Below are positions 31,736 through 41,996 of a DNA stretch of 64,000 nt, in pieces. Origin of the DNA: Candidatus Hodarchaeota archaeon (lineage in GTDB: Archaea > Asgardarchaeota > Lokiarchaeia > Sigyniarchaeales > SOKP01); contig JBHLKM010000013.1 in assembly GCA_048886685.1 (NCBI GenBank), positions 32,001-96,000 on the forward strand. The letters are read 5' to 3'. The notes beneath the pieces are model-generated. The model was not told the origin of the DNA and made no database searches. It worked only from the letters and a program-made list of their open reading frames with translations. Position numbers and translations under genes: made by a program. Positions within the stretch are counted from its first letter, which is position 1, and every line of letters starts with the position of its first letter.

Positions 31736-31906
31736 ATGTCTGAAAAGGGATTTAATAATAGTATTGTTAAAAAGGATGACGAAAAAATATTGTACGGGAT
31801 TAAAAAAATAGTCTGTTTTGCTTGTGGGGAGCAGATTGAGAAAGATACAGAAATTTGCCCCTATTGCAAAACGTCTATTGATAATTCCTTCACCCAAATA
31901 TCTTAA
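31736..31906 (+). CDS. Small Zn-ribbon protein
   Basis: CFAC-x10-CPYC. Confidence 0.65.
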   Translation: MSEKGFNNSIVKKDDEKILYGIKKIVCFACGEQIEKDTEICPYCKTSIDNSFTQIS

Positions 31907-31979
31907 AACTAAAGAAATATTATAATTTATGCTATTTAAATTATAACGTTGTGGCATCTCTGTGAGCTTCAGTAAAAGG

Positions 31980-32450
31980 ATGAAGAAAAAAAGTTTCTTA
32001 GGTGTGTGGATGTTAATATTCATTTTAATTATATCCCTAACTATTATATTATCTTTACTAATCAACCCCTTTTGGTGGATCTTGCTTCCTGTATCATTTT
32101 TCTTGATTTTCGTAATTCAATTGACTTCGCGTTATTTCTGGTTAGAAAAAGAAACATGTCCACGTTGTAATGCTCCTATAAGTAAATATGGTGAGTTTTG
32201 TAGAAATTGCGGCCTTAAACTATGGTTTAAGTGTCTTTCATGTGGTAAATATATGCGAGCTGATACTAAATTCTGCGATAATTGTAATATTGAGCTTGAA
32301 CATTCTGAGAAAGAGAAAGAATCATTTCAGTATGAAATAATAAAAAAAGGTTCACCTTTGCCTAAACCTAATTTTTGCGCTAATTGTGGTGCTGAATTGC
32401 GAAATAAAGAAAATATTAAATTTTGTGAAGAATGTGGAGAAAAAATATAG
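31980..32450 (+). CDS. Membrane protein with multiple double-Zn-ribbon motifs
   Basis: 2 TM followed by six CxxC. Confidence 0.8.
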   Translation: MKKKSFLGVWMLIFILIISLTIILSLLINPFWWILLPVSFFLIFVIQLTSRYFWLEKETCPRCNAPISKYGEFCRNCGLKLWFKCLSCGKYMRADTKFCDNCNIELEHSEKEKESFQYEIIKKGSPLPKPNFCANCGAELRNKENIKFCEECGEKI

Positions 32451-32457
32451 CAAGCAT

Positions 32458-33042
32458 CTAACTATTCAACTTATTTTCTTTCTTAGAATTTAATAAAAAT
32501 GATAATACGACCCATAGGATTAAATAAACAATAATATTTCTTAGAAAAATTAGGAAATCCTCGTTATAATAAGCCAATTTAAAAAAATAGACGATAAATA
32601 ACCATGCTATATTTAATGTAATAATATGTGGGGCAAGCTTCCTGAAAAGAGTTTCTCTTCCCTTCCAAATTAAATATATATCAACAATAAGTGGAGTAAT
32701 ATGAATATAATCGTAGTAGAGAAACAAAACAATAAATTCATAGATTACAATAATTCCCAAAGGCACGATAGAATAAATCAAGAAATTGTTTAAATAGGGA
32801 TTTTCGCGATAAAAAAACCATGCGATTGAAAGTGAAAAATACCATTGACTAATTGTAAAAATTATAATGTTTGCTCCCGGATCTCCGTGTTTCTTGGCAC
32901 CATATTGGAAAGTATCTAATGGTTGCCATGAAAATGGAATCAAAAACTGGAACAGTAGAGATATTGTTGTCGCAATACCTAACTGGATAATCGTTATAGT
33001 TCGAAGATTCAAGTTTAAGGGCATAATAATGGGTTTATTCAT
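32458..33042 (-). CDS. Hypothetical polytopic membrane protein
   Basis: About 6 hydrophobic segments. Confidence 0.65.
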   Translation of the reverse strand: MNKPIIMPLNLNLRTITIIQLGIATTISLLFQFLIPFSWQPLDTFQYGAKKHGDPGANIIIFTISQWYFSLSIAWFFYRENPYLNNFLIYSIVPLGIIVIYEFIVLFLYYDYIHITPLIVDIYLIWKGRETLFRKLAPHIITLNIAWLFIVYFFKLAYYNEDFLIFLRNIIVYLILWVVLSFLLNSKKENKLNS

Positions 33043-33170
33043 GATGTTTCATATAATTTTTCTTGTTAAAATAAATAAATCCTATAACAATTGAATATTT
33101 TTAATAGTTATAAATTAAAAATGGTGTTAAAACAATTTCAGAAAAGAATAAAAAGATATTCAATAAAAGT

Positions 33171-33755
33171 ATGGGTCAACGAAAATCAATATATCTTTCC
33201 AAACCAAGAATTCCTCCCTTAGAGGAATCAAAGTGGGATGATGATGCTCGAAGTTTGATTGAAGGGTGGCGAAATTTGAATAACAGAAAAGATGTGATAA
33301 ATATTTTGGCCACAATGGCGAACTATTCGAAATTATATAATCGGTGGCGCGTTTTTGGCAATCATGTTTTATACAAATCCTCACTTCCTATTAGAGAGAA
33401 AGAAATCCTTATTTTACGTACAGGATGGCTCTGTAATTCGAAGTATGAATGGGCTCAACACACATTTATAGCCAAGCGAGTCGAACTAAGTGAGGAGGAA
33501 ATATTACGGATTAAGGAAGGCCCAGATGCAGAAGGCTGGAGTTCTTTCGAATCTACACTACTTCGTGCTGCAGATGAGCTATATGCGGATTCCTTCATTA
33601 GCGATTCTACTTGGGATGAACTTGCTAAAAAGTATAATACTCAACAACTTATGGATGTAGTTTTTACTGTTGGTCAATACAATTTAACCGCAATGGTACT
33701 CAATTCTCTTGGTATTCAACTCGAAAAAGGTATGAAAGACTTTCCGGAGTTTTGA
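33171..33755 (+). CDS. Carboxymuconolactone decarboxylase/AhpD-like protein
   Basis: REKEILILRT..LC.S.YEWAQH. Confidence 0.85.
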   Translation: MGQRKSIYLSKPRIPPLEESKWDDDARSLIEGWRNLNNRKDVINILATMANYSKLYNRWRVFGNHVLYKSSLPIREKEILILRTGWLCNSKYEWAQHTFIAKRVELSEEEILRIKEGPDAEGWSSFESTLLRAADELYADSFISDSTWDELAKKYNTQQLMDVVFTVGQYNLTAMVLNSLGIQLEKGMKDFPEF

Positions 33756-33871
33756 ATTTTTAACCCTAATATTTAATTATTTTTCCTTTTACTCATTAAT
33801 TAACCTCAAATAAGATGATTAATTAAAAAAATATAAATTTCACAAAGTCTTAAAAAACTTAATCGTGCAAT

Positions 33872-34003
33872 GGGGACTTAGTATAGCCCGGTAGTACGTC
33901 AGGCTCCAGATCCTATAAGCAAACTGTACGTGCAGAAACCTGAAAGTCGGGGGTTCAATTCAGGATGCATTTCGCGTCCTTTGGATATATCCCTCAGTCC
34001 CCA
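33872..34003 (+). tRNA. tRNA-Trp(CCA) with two introns (37/38: ~33910-33937; T-loop: ~33959-33988)
   Basis: GGGGACT/AGTCCCC acceptor, TCAGG-CT-CCA-G...A-CCTGA, GGGGG-TTCAA...AT-CCCTC; 74 nt after removing 28+30 nt. Confidence 0.9.
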
Positions 34004-34096
34004 TTTATTTAAACCTTAATTCTTTAGTTCTATAAAAATTTATATTATCTATCTATTGAAGAGACAAAAAAAAAGAAAATTTAATTTATGAAATTG

Positions 34097-34555
34097 TTAT
34101 TTTAGTAAGAAAAGAATTTGAGTTTTTAGTTCTTCGGGAGGTGCTACTCTCGGATCGTCTAAGTATAATTCATAAGCAATTCCAGATGTCTCATATCCAT
34201 TCTTTTCAGTCCATTGAGTAAGTGTGTTATATGCAGGTTCAATTTTGTCATAGGGGCCGGTATAAATGCAACCTGCATATTTTCCAGCGGGAATTTCACT
34301 TACCTTGATATCCCCTTTTTCAGGAAGTTTTTTAGAGACAGGGATACCAATTTCTAAATCCAGATTCTGCAAATCCATATTAAAGTATCCAGCAAAAGGC
34401 GCACTTGCAGGAATTTCTCCTTGTTCACCTAAATACTGCATAATTTTCATATAAGATTCTCCCAGCAGTTGAGGTAATTGTTGTACTGAAGTTTTTGTAC
34501 GTATAGATAAAACTATTTGAGCATTTCGTTCTAAAATTTCACAATAATACGACAT
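34097..34555 (-). CDS. GyrI-like small-molecule-binding protein
   Basis: PAGKYA..YTGPYD, YELYLDDP. Confidence 0.88.
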   Translation of the reverse strand: MSYYCEILERNAQIVLSIRTKTSVQQLPQLLGESYMKIMQYLGEQGEIPASAPFAGYFNMDLQNLDLEIGIPVSKKLPEKGDIKVSEIPAGKYAGCIYTGPYDKIEPAYNTLTQWTEKNGYETSGIAYELYLDDPRVAPPEELKTQILFLLK

Positions 34556-34809
34556 AGGATTTTCCCTTATATTTTTTGATACTATTTTCAATTATTATAA
34601 TTAACAAATTAAGAAGATGCAAATTTCAAAATTAAATAATATTTTTTAAATGAATCTCTGTAAAAAATAAGTGATTTACTAAGCTTGACGAACAAAAATT
34701 ATAACTAGTACATGAATAAATTGAAATTTGATTTCAATCTTATTAAAAATAAGATAAAAGTGGAAAAAATAGCACAATAAATGATACGACAAATTATTGA
34801 ATAGATGAA

Positions 34810-36729
34810 TTATAAGTTTTTCAACCGTTCTTGTTCTTTTTGCTTCTTTTTTTCGATTTTTTTCTTCTGCTTGTCCAGCTTTTTTCGTCTTTTTGTTTCT
34901 TGTTTCATTTCTTTTTCCTTTAATTTTCTCTCTTGTTTCAGCTTTTCAAGTTCCATTTTTTCTTTTTCAATAGCTTCTATTTCTGCTCTTTCTCTTTCTA
35001 ATCGTTCCCTTTCTAATCTGATCTCCTCTTGTTTTTCTTTTTCAATTTTTTCTAATCGAGCTTTTTCCGCTTGTTCTTCCATTAACCTTTCCTTTTCTTT
35101 TCGTTCTCTTTCTAAACGTTCTCTTTCTTCCCGTTCCCTTTCTTGTTTTTCTCTTTCCTTTCTTTCTTTTTCTTCCCTTTCTTTTCTTTCCTTCTCCAAG
35201 CGAATTTTTTCTAACCTTTCCCGTTCCTTCCTCTCTTCTTCTTCTATCTCAAAGTACCATGAATCAATTTTTTGACTTAATTCTTGTTTTTCTTTTACTG
35301 GCAATCCAAGTTGGGGTTCTTTTTTCAGGTAGATATTAGTATATTTACTCATTTCCCATACTTTTGCCTGATGTGTTGTGGTTGCGCTGACCCCTATCTC
35401 TCTCATTTTCTCCCTAGCAATTTCAAAAGCTTGCCCAATCGATCTCATCTCATAATTTTCAACAATAACCTTTTTTAAATAGGTTAAAATTTGTTTAACA
35501 TCCGCTATAGGTGGATTGGGTAATGGTTTAAATTCTACTTTTTCAGATTTTAATGTGTCTAGCTCAAATTTTTTTTGTTTGTATTCAGGTATTTCCGTGA
35601 TTTTAATTTCAGGATTTTGAATAACCTCTTGTTGAATATATACAGGTTGTTCTACCATTTTTGGAGTAACTGGTAGTTCCTTTTTTGCTTTTCTCTTAAA
35701 TTCTATTGGCCAACTTGTAAATGCATAGGAACGATCTTCTGCAGAAACAAAAATAGAATGTTTAGATGACTTTCTAGTAATTGAATCTTGTTGTTTGTGA
35801 GGAATTTGTGAAACAGCAGAGCTTAACATCGTTGACGCTTTTTCTATAATTGAGAAAAGATACATCGGGTCAAACTCAAGATTAGAATAAATACTTTTCA
35901 AGGAATTGATATTACTTTCAATTACGGTGAGATTTACAGGAGATAATGTTTCTTGTAACAGTTGATCAGCTCCAAAAGCTATCCCATTTAAACCTGCTAC
36001 TGAATTTAAGTATGAAGAATCGGATTTATTTCTCAATTTATCAGAAACTAAAATTTGATTGTAAAAATCCCAATGAGTGCTGAGAAGCATATGTCCATCT
36101 TTTGCAATTTGATAGGAATAATCTCTACGGATTGTTTCCATCATCTCCAAAAATATATCTTTATTAGGTATGAATATATTTCTCATTAATACTCCCTTTA
36201 TGAAAGTTAAATGTTCCTCCGACTTCAAAGTTAAGTCAACTGGAACTTTAATCACTTTTTCTGCAATAATAACCTCTTGATCCTCTACTAAAGTTACATT
36301 TCCTGAGGTAGCCATATGGTCATAAATAAAGTCCGATAGAATTAATCCTGTTAATATCCTATTATCAGTAATATATTTCCCTGATTCTAATTCAAATTTT
36401 AGAAAATAATATCCTAATCCAAAGAGAAAATGAAGGGTTCCTCTTCCCACTTCAATGGAATAGTCATATCCACTGAAAAAAGTAACTGAATCAGAGATAA
36501 TTTTTGATACTTCATGATGGACGTAAGTGCCTAACGTTGGATAGCCTAATAATTCACTCCAACTAGGTATCATAAAAAGAGAATTGTTGGTAAATAATTT
36601 ATTCTCCATTTTCTGTTTTTCAATTCTCTCTTTTTCAAGTCGTTCTTTTTCTAACCTTTCAATTTCTAATTTCTCTTTCTCGAGTCTTTCTTTTTCCAAT
36701 TGGTCTTCATTTATTTTTTCTATCCCCAT
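34810..36729 (-). CDS. Hypothetical protein with E/R/K-rich charged helical repeats at both ends
   Basis: ERLEK pentad repeats flanking a globular core. Confidence 0.75.
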   Translation of the reverse strand: MGIEKINEDQLEKERLEKEKLEIERLEKERLEKERIEKQKMENKLFTNNSLFMIPSWSELLGYPTLGTYVHHEVSKIISDSVTFFSGYDYSIEVGRGTLHFLFGLGYYFLKFELESGKYITDNRILTGLILSDFIYDHMATSGNVTLVEDQEVIIAEKVIKVPVDLTLKSEEHLTFIKGVLMRNIFIPNKDIFLEMMETIRRDYSYQIAKDGHMLLSTHWDFYNQILVSDKLRNKSDSSYLNSVAGLNGIAFGADQLLQETLSPVNLTVIESNINSLKSIYSNLEFDPMYLFSIIEKASTMLSSAVSQIPHKQQDSITRKSSKHSIFVSAEDRSYAFTSWPIEFKRKAKKELPVTPKMVEQPVYIQQEVIQNPEIKITEIPEYKQKKFELDTLKSEKVEFKPLPNPPIADVKQILTYLKKVIVENYEMRSIGQAFEIAREKMREIGVSATTTHQAKVWEMSKYTNIYLKKEPQLGLPVKEKQELSQKIDSWYFEIEEEERKERERLEKIRLEKERKEREEKERKEREKQEREREERERLERERKEKERLMEEQAEKARLEKIEKEKQEEIRLERERLERERAEIEAIEKEKMELEKLKQERKLKEKEMKQETKRRKKLDKQKKKIEKKKQKEQERLKNL

Positions 36730-36929
36730 AATATCAACTATAAATTTGTAGGTATAATTTCTTTATAATTAATAATTTTGATTTTTTTATCATGTTTTGA
36801 TATAGTCTATAATAAATTTATTTCTAGTGTATAATTAAATCTAAATAGATCACTAATATATATAATAAAATTAATATGAACAATTAGCAATTATTTAATT
36901 TAGGATTAAATTAGTTTGAGGTTTCACTA

Positions 36930-37307
36930 ATGTATCGAATCGAGAACATTGGAGAGAATCAATTTTATATAAAAGCATTAGGCACATTCCCACCATCAGT
37001 ATCAAAACGTTTTATGAAAGAATTTAATAAAAAAACAAAAAAATCAAAGGAATTTTCAGTAATCGTAGATGGTGTCGACTTTATTCTACTCAATCTTGAA
37101 TCATTTGAAATAATTTTGGATTTCCTGAAAAAAAATAATGAGAGATTGCATAGATCTGCTTGGATTATTACCAAAAATCCACCATTGGATACAGAAATCC
37201 AAATACTTCTTGATAGAGCTAAATCTCCTAAAAGGAAAATCGTCCAAAATCTTAATGATGCAAAAAAATGGATTGGGGTAAAGGATATTATTATAGAATC
37301 AGAATAG
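36930..37307 (+). CDS. STAS/SpoIIAA-like small protein
   Basis: VIVDG.DF, SAWII, AKKWI pattern. Confidence 0.55.
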   Translation: MYRIENIGENQFYIKALGTFPPSVSKRFMKEFNKKTKKSKEFSVIVDGVDFILLNLESFEIILDFLKKNNERLHRSAWIITKNPPLDTEIQILLDRAKSPKRKIVQNLNDAKKWIGVKDIIIESE

Positions 37308-37316
37308 TTAATTTCA

Positions 37317-38114
37317 TTAAATATTCAATCTCTTTTTACATAAATCGATAGCTTTTGAATTATTATCTACACCAATCCATTTTCGATTTAATTTGTTAGC
37401 TACAGCTAAAGTTGTACCTGTTCCACAAAAAAAGTCAGCAACAATATCTCCTTCATTTGAAGATGCTAAAATTATTCTTTCAAGCAATTCTTCAGGTTTT
37501 TGTGTTGGGTATCCTAAATATTCTTTTGATCGAGTTCTTGTTTGATATGAATATATATCATTCCAAACATCTCCTAATACATTTCCAGGCTTTTCATCCA
37601 AGTATTGTTTTCCACCTCTTCTCTTCCTATAGAGACGTCCATCATCATCTTTATATCGAAACATCTTTCTAATATATTCTTCCTTATAAGGAGTAAATTG
37701 TTTATTGAAGGTATACTGATCGGATTTGGTATAAAATAAGATTGTATCGTGTTGCCGCACCCATCCTTTAACCTGACTTTTAAATCCGGATACACTTCGA
37801 ACATTCCATATTATTTCCCTTCTAAAAAACTGTCTTCCAAAGATTCTATCACATATAAGTTTAAGATCAAATACAGCATTCGCATCACTGTGACAATAAA
37901 AACTACCAGAATTTTTTAAAACTCGGTGTATTTCTTTTAATCTCTCTTCCATGAAGTTCAAGTAATCCTCTAATGAATTCCAGTCATCCAAAAATTCTTT
38001 ATAATCTACTCCTGTGTAAAAGGGAGGATCTATATAGATTAGATCAATACACTCCGAATCGAGTTTTCTTAAGAATTCTAAATTTTCTGCGAAATAGACA
38101 GTATTTAATTTCAT
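37317..38114 (-). CDS. Orphan N4-C/N6-A DNA methyltransferase (beta class)
   Basis: IDPPF, YPTQKP..L..RII, DFFCGTGTT. Confidence 0.9.
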   Translation of the reverse strand: MKLNTVYFAENLEFLRKLDSECIDLIYIDPPFYTGVDYKEFLDDWNSLEDYLNFMEERLKEIHRVLKNSGSFYCHSDANAVFDLKLICDRIFGRQFFRREIIWNVRSVSGFKSQVKGWVRQHDTILFYTKSDQYTFNKQFTPYKEEYIRKMFRYKDDDGRLYRKRRGGKQYLDEKPGNVLGDVWNDIYSYQTRTRSKEYLGYPTQKPEELLERIILASSNEGDIVADFFCGTGTTLAVANKLNRKWIGVDNNSKAIDLCKKRLNI

Positions 38115-38152
38115 GTGAGAGTTAAATAGAACTGATGATTTATACAATTATT

Positions 38153-38539
38153 ATGAGTAAGGAACGATTAAATAAGAATTTCTTGGATGAGTTTAAGGAT
38201 TATAATTTTTCCAAAATTCGAGAAAATAAAATATATTTAGTTGGATCAATTCGTTTTAAAGACTATTTCATCAAAATTGAGTCTATTTTGCAAATTTTAT
38301 ATAATAAAGTCGTGTATATTTGTTCGGTTGATGGATTATTAAACAAAAAAAAGTTTTCTCCAGAAGAATGGGAGAAATTACAAGAAATTGCTCTTAGGAA
38401 ATTACAGGATCAAGATGCTATGTTAGTCTTGGATATAGATGGTTATATTGGAGACCATTCTATGGAAGAAATCGAGATTTTTCAGAGAAAATACAAAAAA
38501 CCAATTTATTATTTATCTAAGTTAAGAAATCATAAATAG
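38153..38539 (+). CDS. Nucleoside 2-deoxyribosyltransferase-like protein
   Basis: IYLVGS.RF, D..LVLD.DGYIG..S.EEI. Confidence 0.6.
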   Translation: MSKERLNKNFLDEFKDYNFSKIRENKIYLVGSIRFKDYFIKIESILQILYNKVVYICSVDGLLNKKKFSPEEWEKLQEIALRKLQDQDAMLVLDIDGYIGDHSMEEIEIFQRKYKKPIYYLSKLRNHK

Positions 38540-38894
38540 CATCTTAGACAAATCATTAATTTCATAGTATTAGTGCGCCTAAGATTGCTTGAATTCTCAT
38601 TAATTTTATGGCTCACAATATATGAATGACATTTCAACTCTAATAAAAATCTATTGATTAAAAAAAGATTACTATACCTTAAAGCACCTGATTTAAAGCG
38701 GTTTTAATGCTATTCAGATTAAAGATTGAGATATGATATATGCCAAATGGTGCACTGTTCTTTTCTAGTAAAGGTTCAATTTTTTCCAAGAATTTTCCCT
38801 TTAAATTTCGAATCATATCATCATAACCAGGGCTTACTTTATGAAAAAGAAAAAAAATATAACATTGATATCAATATTAATACCCGGATATGAA

Positions 38895-39794
38895 ATGAAA
38901 CCATTAATACTTTTAGTAGACAATGATCCAAAATTCCTAGAAATTACCAAGACAGTCTTAGAATTTAACGAAGCCAAAGTTCTAACAGCAAAAAATGGAA
39001 AAGAAGGATTAAAAATTCTCGCCGAGTTAAAAAAGGCACCTGATATTATAATCAGCGAGATAATGATGCCAGAAATGAATGGCTATGACTTTTTTGAAGC
39101 AGTTTCTAATGATCCTAATTTTAGTCATTTACCCTTCATTTTCTTATCAGAACTTGATTCTCCTGAAGAAATTCGAATGGGAAAAATGCTTGGAGTGGAC
39201 GATTATCTTACTAAACCAGTTAATGATGATGATTTACTTGCAATTGTTGCGGGAAAAGTAAAACGTAAACTGCAAAACGAACTTTTTGATATTAAGATTA
39301 AGGAAAAATTTACTTCGAAAAAAGAAGGAAAACTACTTGACTCTAAAGAACAGAGAGATTTTCTATTAGTAATTGAAGTCAATTGGGATGATAGATTAGG
39401 ACCAAACTTGGTAGATCATTTCCCTAAAGATATTTTGCTAGACTTTCCTCTCAGCCACGTTGCTGGTCAGCTTTACGCTACGATTAGCTCAATTTACGGG
39501 CAGGAACGTATCACAAAAGCAGAAAGTCTTTTGTTAAAAGTCAAAAATTTCAATATTATGGCGTATGTTTTTTTCGATTCTTATCCTGATGAAACATACA
39601 GAGGAGGAAATAAGGATTATATGTTTTCGGTTATTGCACCAAAAATTACCTATTTCCAGTCTTTACAAATAAAGCCTGTATTTAAGGAAATTTCCTCATT
39701 GTATAAGAAAATAAAAAGTTGGGATATAGAAGCATTTTGGTATAGATTTTCAGATATTTTTACGCAAGAAGCAAATAGTATCAATTTAGAATAA
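38895..39794 (+). CDS. Atypical receiver domain fused to a uDENN/longin-like domain
   Basis: LLVDND, IISEIMMPEMNG, YLTKP; then VNWDDRLGP...FP. Confidence 0.75.
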   Translation: MKPLILLVDNDPKFLEITKTVLEFNEAKVLTAKNGKEGLKILAELKKAPDIIISEIMMPEMNGYDFFEAVSNDPNFSHLPFIFLSELDSPEEIRMGKMLGVDDYLTKPVNDDDLLAIVAGKVKRKLQNELFDIKIKEKFTSKKEGKLLDSKEQRDFLLVIEVNWDDRLGPNLVDHFPKDILLDFPLSHVAGQLYATISSIYGQERITKAESLLLKVKNFNIMAYVFFDSYPDETYRGGNKDYMFSVIAPKITYFQSLQIKPVFKEISSLYKKIKSWDIEAFWYRFSDIFTQEANSINLE

Positions 39795-40047
39795 ATAATC
39801 ATATGATCAGAAGGGAATTGATGATTATTTAAAAAATATATGAGCTTTACTTCTGTTTATTGGACATGGAATATTATAAATATAGGATGAGTTTTTCTTC
39901 TATATGAGTTCACAACCAACTATACTTAATTTTCTTTGTGAATAAATATCTCAACGATAATCTAATTAGAAATTCAATTCAGTCCAAATAGTTATATCGC
40001 GCTTATTCCATTTTGTAAATAATCATTATTAAGGGTTTAAATGGAAA

Positions 40048-41028
40048 ATGGAATTGTTCCAAGTTTTTTGGGACGAGGGAAAAAGACTTTTTTTAGAATT
40101 CAAGAAAGATAAAAATGAAAATCAACTTCTTCTCCCTAAAAGAATTAAACGTTTAAACATAAAATTTGAGATATCAAAAGCAATCAAACATGATTTATTT
40201 TCTAATCAACCTCCTTATCTTGTTTCTATTAAAAAACTCTACTATTCAGATGAACATCTCTGTTTTTCAATTGATTTAAACGAGGTATATGGATATGACG
40301 ATTTACAAATAAGAATTTTAAAATTAACAGTATTTATGAGTTCTGGGCAGCGTATTGAATATAAATTCGAAGAAAAATTTAATATTTCAGATATTGGGAT
40401 TAATGAGGAATGTTATGCTGGATTTCAGTTCATTGACTTAGATATGAAGAAAAGCCAGCATAGCACTTTTACCAGAGAAAAAGTATTTCAGGAGGTAAAA
40501 ACCGATTTCAATAATGAAAAACGAGAGAGCACAGTTATCTATGAGAAGAATAGTATTAAAAGTATATCTTCAGATGAATCAATTATCTCAATGATTAGTG
40601 AAAGCAACAGAACTTTGAAAAACATTGAAAGCCATCTAAAGAATTTAAATCTAACACTTCAAAACATGCCATTGGGAAATATTTCATATGGTGTACGTAC
40701 TCGTCTTCCTAAGAGTACATCAGAACCTGCAATTGAGAGAAAAAGACTTCCAACAAAACCAACATTGATTCAAAGTCAAATGTCTTCGAATAAATTAATG
40801 GTGATTAAAGAAATGAAAACAATTTTTCAACAAAATATTGATAAAAATGAAATTTTTAATGTAAAAGAAATCTTAAAGCCATTGACAGAAGAAGAACTTA
40901 AAGAAATGATGGTGGAGGACGAAATTTTGAGGGAGAAAGAAGAAGAGGCAATTAATAATCAAATAAAAAGGCTTAAAAAACAGCAAGAAAAGAAAATTAA
41001 CTTGGATGATCTTAAAAAGCCTAAATAG
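40048..41028 (+). CDS. Hypothetical protein
   Basis: 326-aa ORF, beta-rich N-terminus, helical C-terminus. Confidence 0.65.
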   Translation: MELFQVFWDEGKRLFLEFKKDKNENQLLLPKRIKRLNIKFEISKAIKHDLFSNQPPYLVSIKKLYYSDEHLCFSIDLNEVYGYDDLQIRILKLTVFMSSGQRIEYKFEEKFNISDIGINEECYAGFQFIDLDMKKSQHSTFTREKVFQEVKTDFNNEKRESTVIYEKNSIKSISSDESIISMISESNRTLKNIESHLKNLNLTLQNMPLGNISYGVRTRLPKSTSEPAIERKRLPTKPTLIQSQMSSNKLMVIKEMKTIFQQNIDKNEIFNVKEILKPLTEEELKEMMVEDEILREKEEEAINNQIKRLKKQQEKKINLDDLKKPK

Positions 41029-41171
41029 AAGATGAATTTGAATTGGAATAATAGAATAATATGATTTACTGATTTTTTGACAGTTAATTCAAATCAATAA
41101 GTAGCAAATCTTTAATTATTTTCTAATATTGGATATAAAAGAGGAAATATATTCAAGCGAGGTTATCTAAA

Positions 41172-41948
41172 ATATTATTAAATTATTTCATAGGTACAGC
41201 CGGAAGTGGTAAGACTACTCTCACGGGTGAGTTAAAAGAATATGTTGTAAATCGAGATCCAGAGATTTCAGCAATTACTTTAAATCTCGATCCCGGTGCT
41301 AAAATCATTCCTTATGCTCCTGATATTGACATAAGGGATTACATTGTTTTAGAGGAAGTTATGGAGGAATATAGTTTAGGACCTAATGGTGGAATGATTT
41401 TAGCATCTGATTTGATGGTAAATTTTTTAGATGATATAAAAGATGAAATTGATGAATATAACCCGGAATGGATATTTGTAGATACTGCAGGACAACTTGA
41501 GCTATTTGCATTTCGAGAAACTGGACCTTTAATAGCTAGCGCATTAGGATTTGGTGATGTCCAAAGAGCTGTGAGTTTTCTCTTTGACTCGAGTTTTGTT
41601 CTCAGACCTAATGGTTTTATTTCAACTTTACTTTTAGCAGCTTCTGTACAATTTCGTTTTAGAAATATCTCGCAAATAAATATTTTATCCAAAGTTGATC
41701 TTATTGATGAAGATCAAATAGATATGGTTATTAATTGGAGTCAAGACTTTCAAGCGTTAGAGGATTCCACAAGCGAAAGAGAAAAGGGATTAATCAGAGA
41801 ATTATCAATGCTAGTTTCTGAGGTATTTATTCAAATGGGATCCACAAGTGAATTAATTCCATGTTCGGCAAAAGAAGATCATGGTTTGGATATTCTATTC
41901 GGCCATTTACAGAGAGTTTTTGATTCAGACAAATCAAAATTTTATTAA
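41172..41948 (+). CDS. GPN-loop GTPase; probable ATA start
   Basis: In-frame IGTAGSGKTT and NLDPG upstream of the tracked ATG; LGPNGG, DTAGQLELF, SKVD. Confidence 0.88.
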   Translation: MLLNYFIGTAGSGKTTLTGELKEYVVNRDPEISAITLNLDPGAKIIPYAPDIDIRDYIVLEEVMEEYSLGPNGGMILASDLMVNFLDDIKDEIDEYNPEWIFVDTAGQLELFAFRETGPLIASALGFGDVQRAVSFLFDSSFVLRPNGFISTLLLAASVQFRFRNISQINILSKVDLIDEDQIDMVINWSQDFQALEDSTSEREKGLIRELSMLVSEVFIQMGSTSELIPCSAKEDHGLDILFGHLQRVFDSDKSKFY

Positions 41949-41996
41949 TCAAGTTTAAATTCCAAAAAATTGAAATAGAAGATTATACTAAGAAGC

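Noticed and set aside
34805-35275. Phe/Ser-rich 156-aa ORF (also 60857..61234, 62428..62619)
   Set aside because: Antisense shadow of E/K/R-rich coding repeats
34004-38540. Integrated element at tRNA-Trp
   Set aside because: No integrase and no duplicated tRNA 3' end (att site) seen
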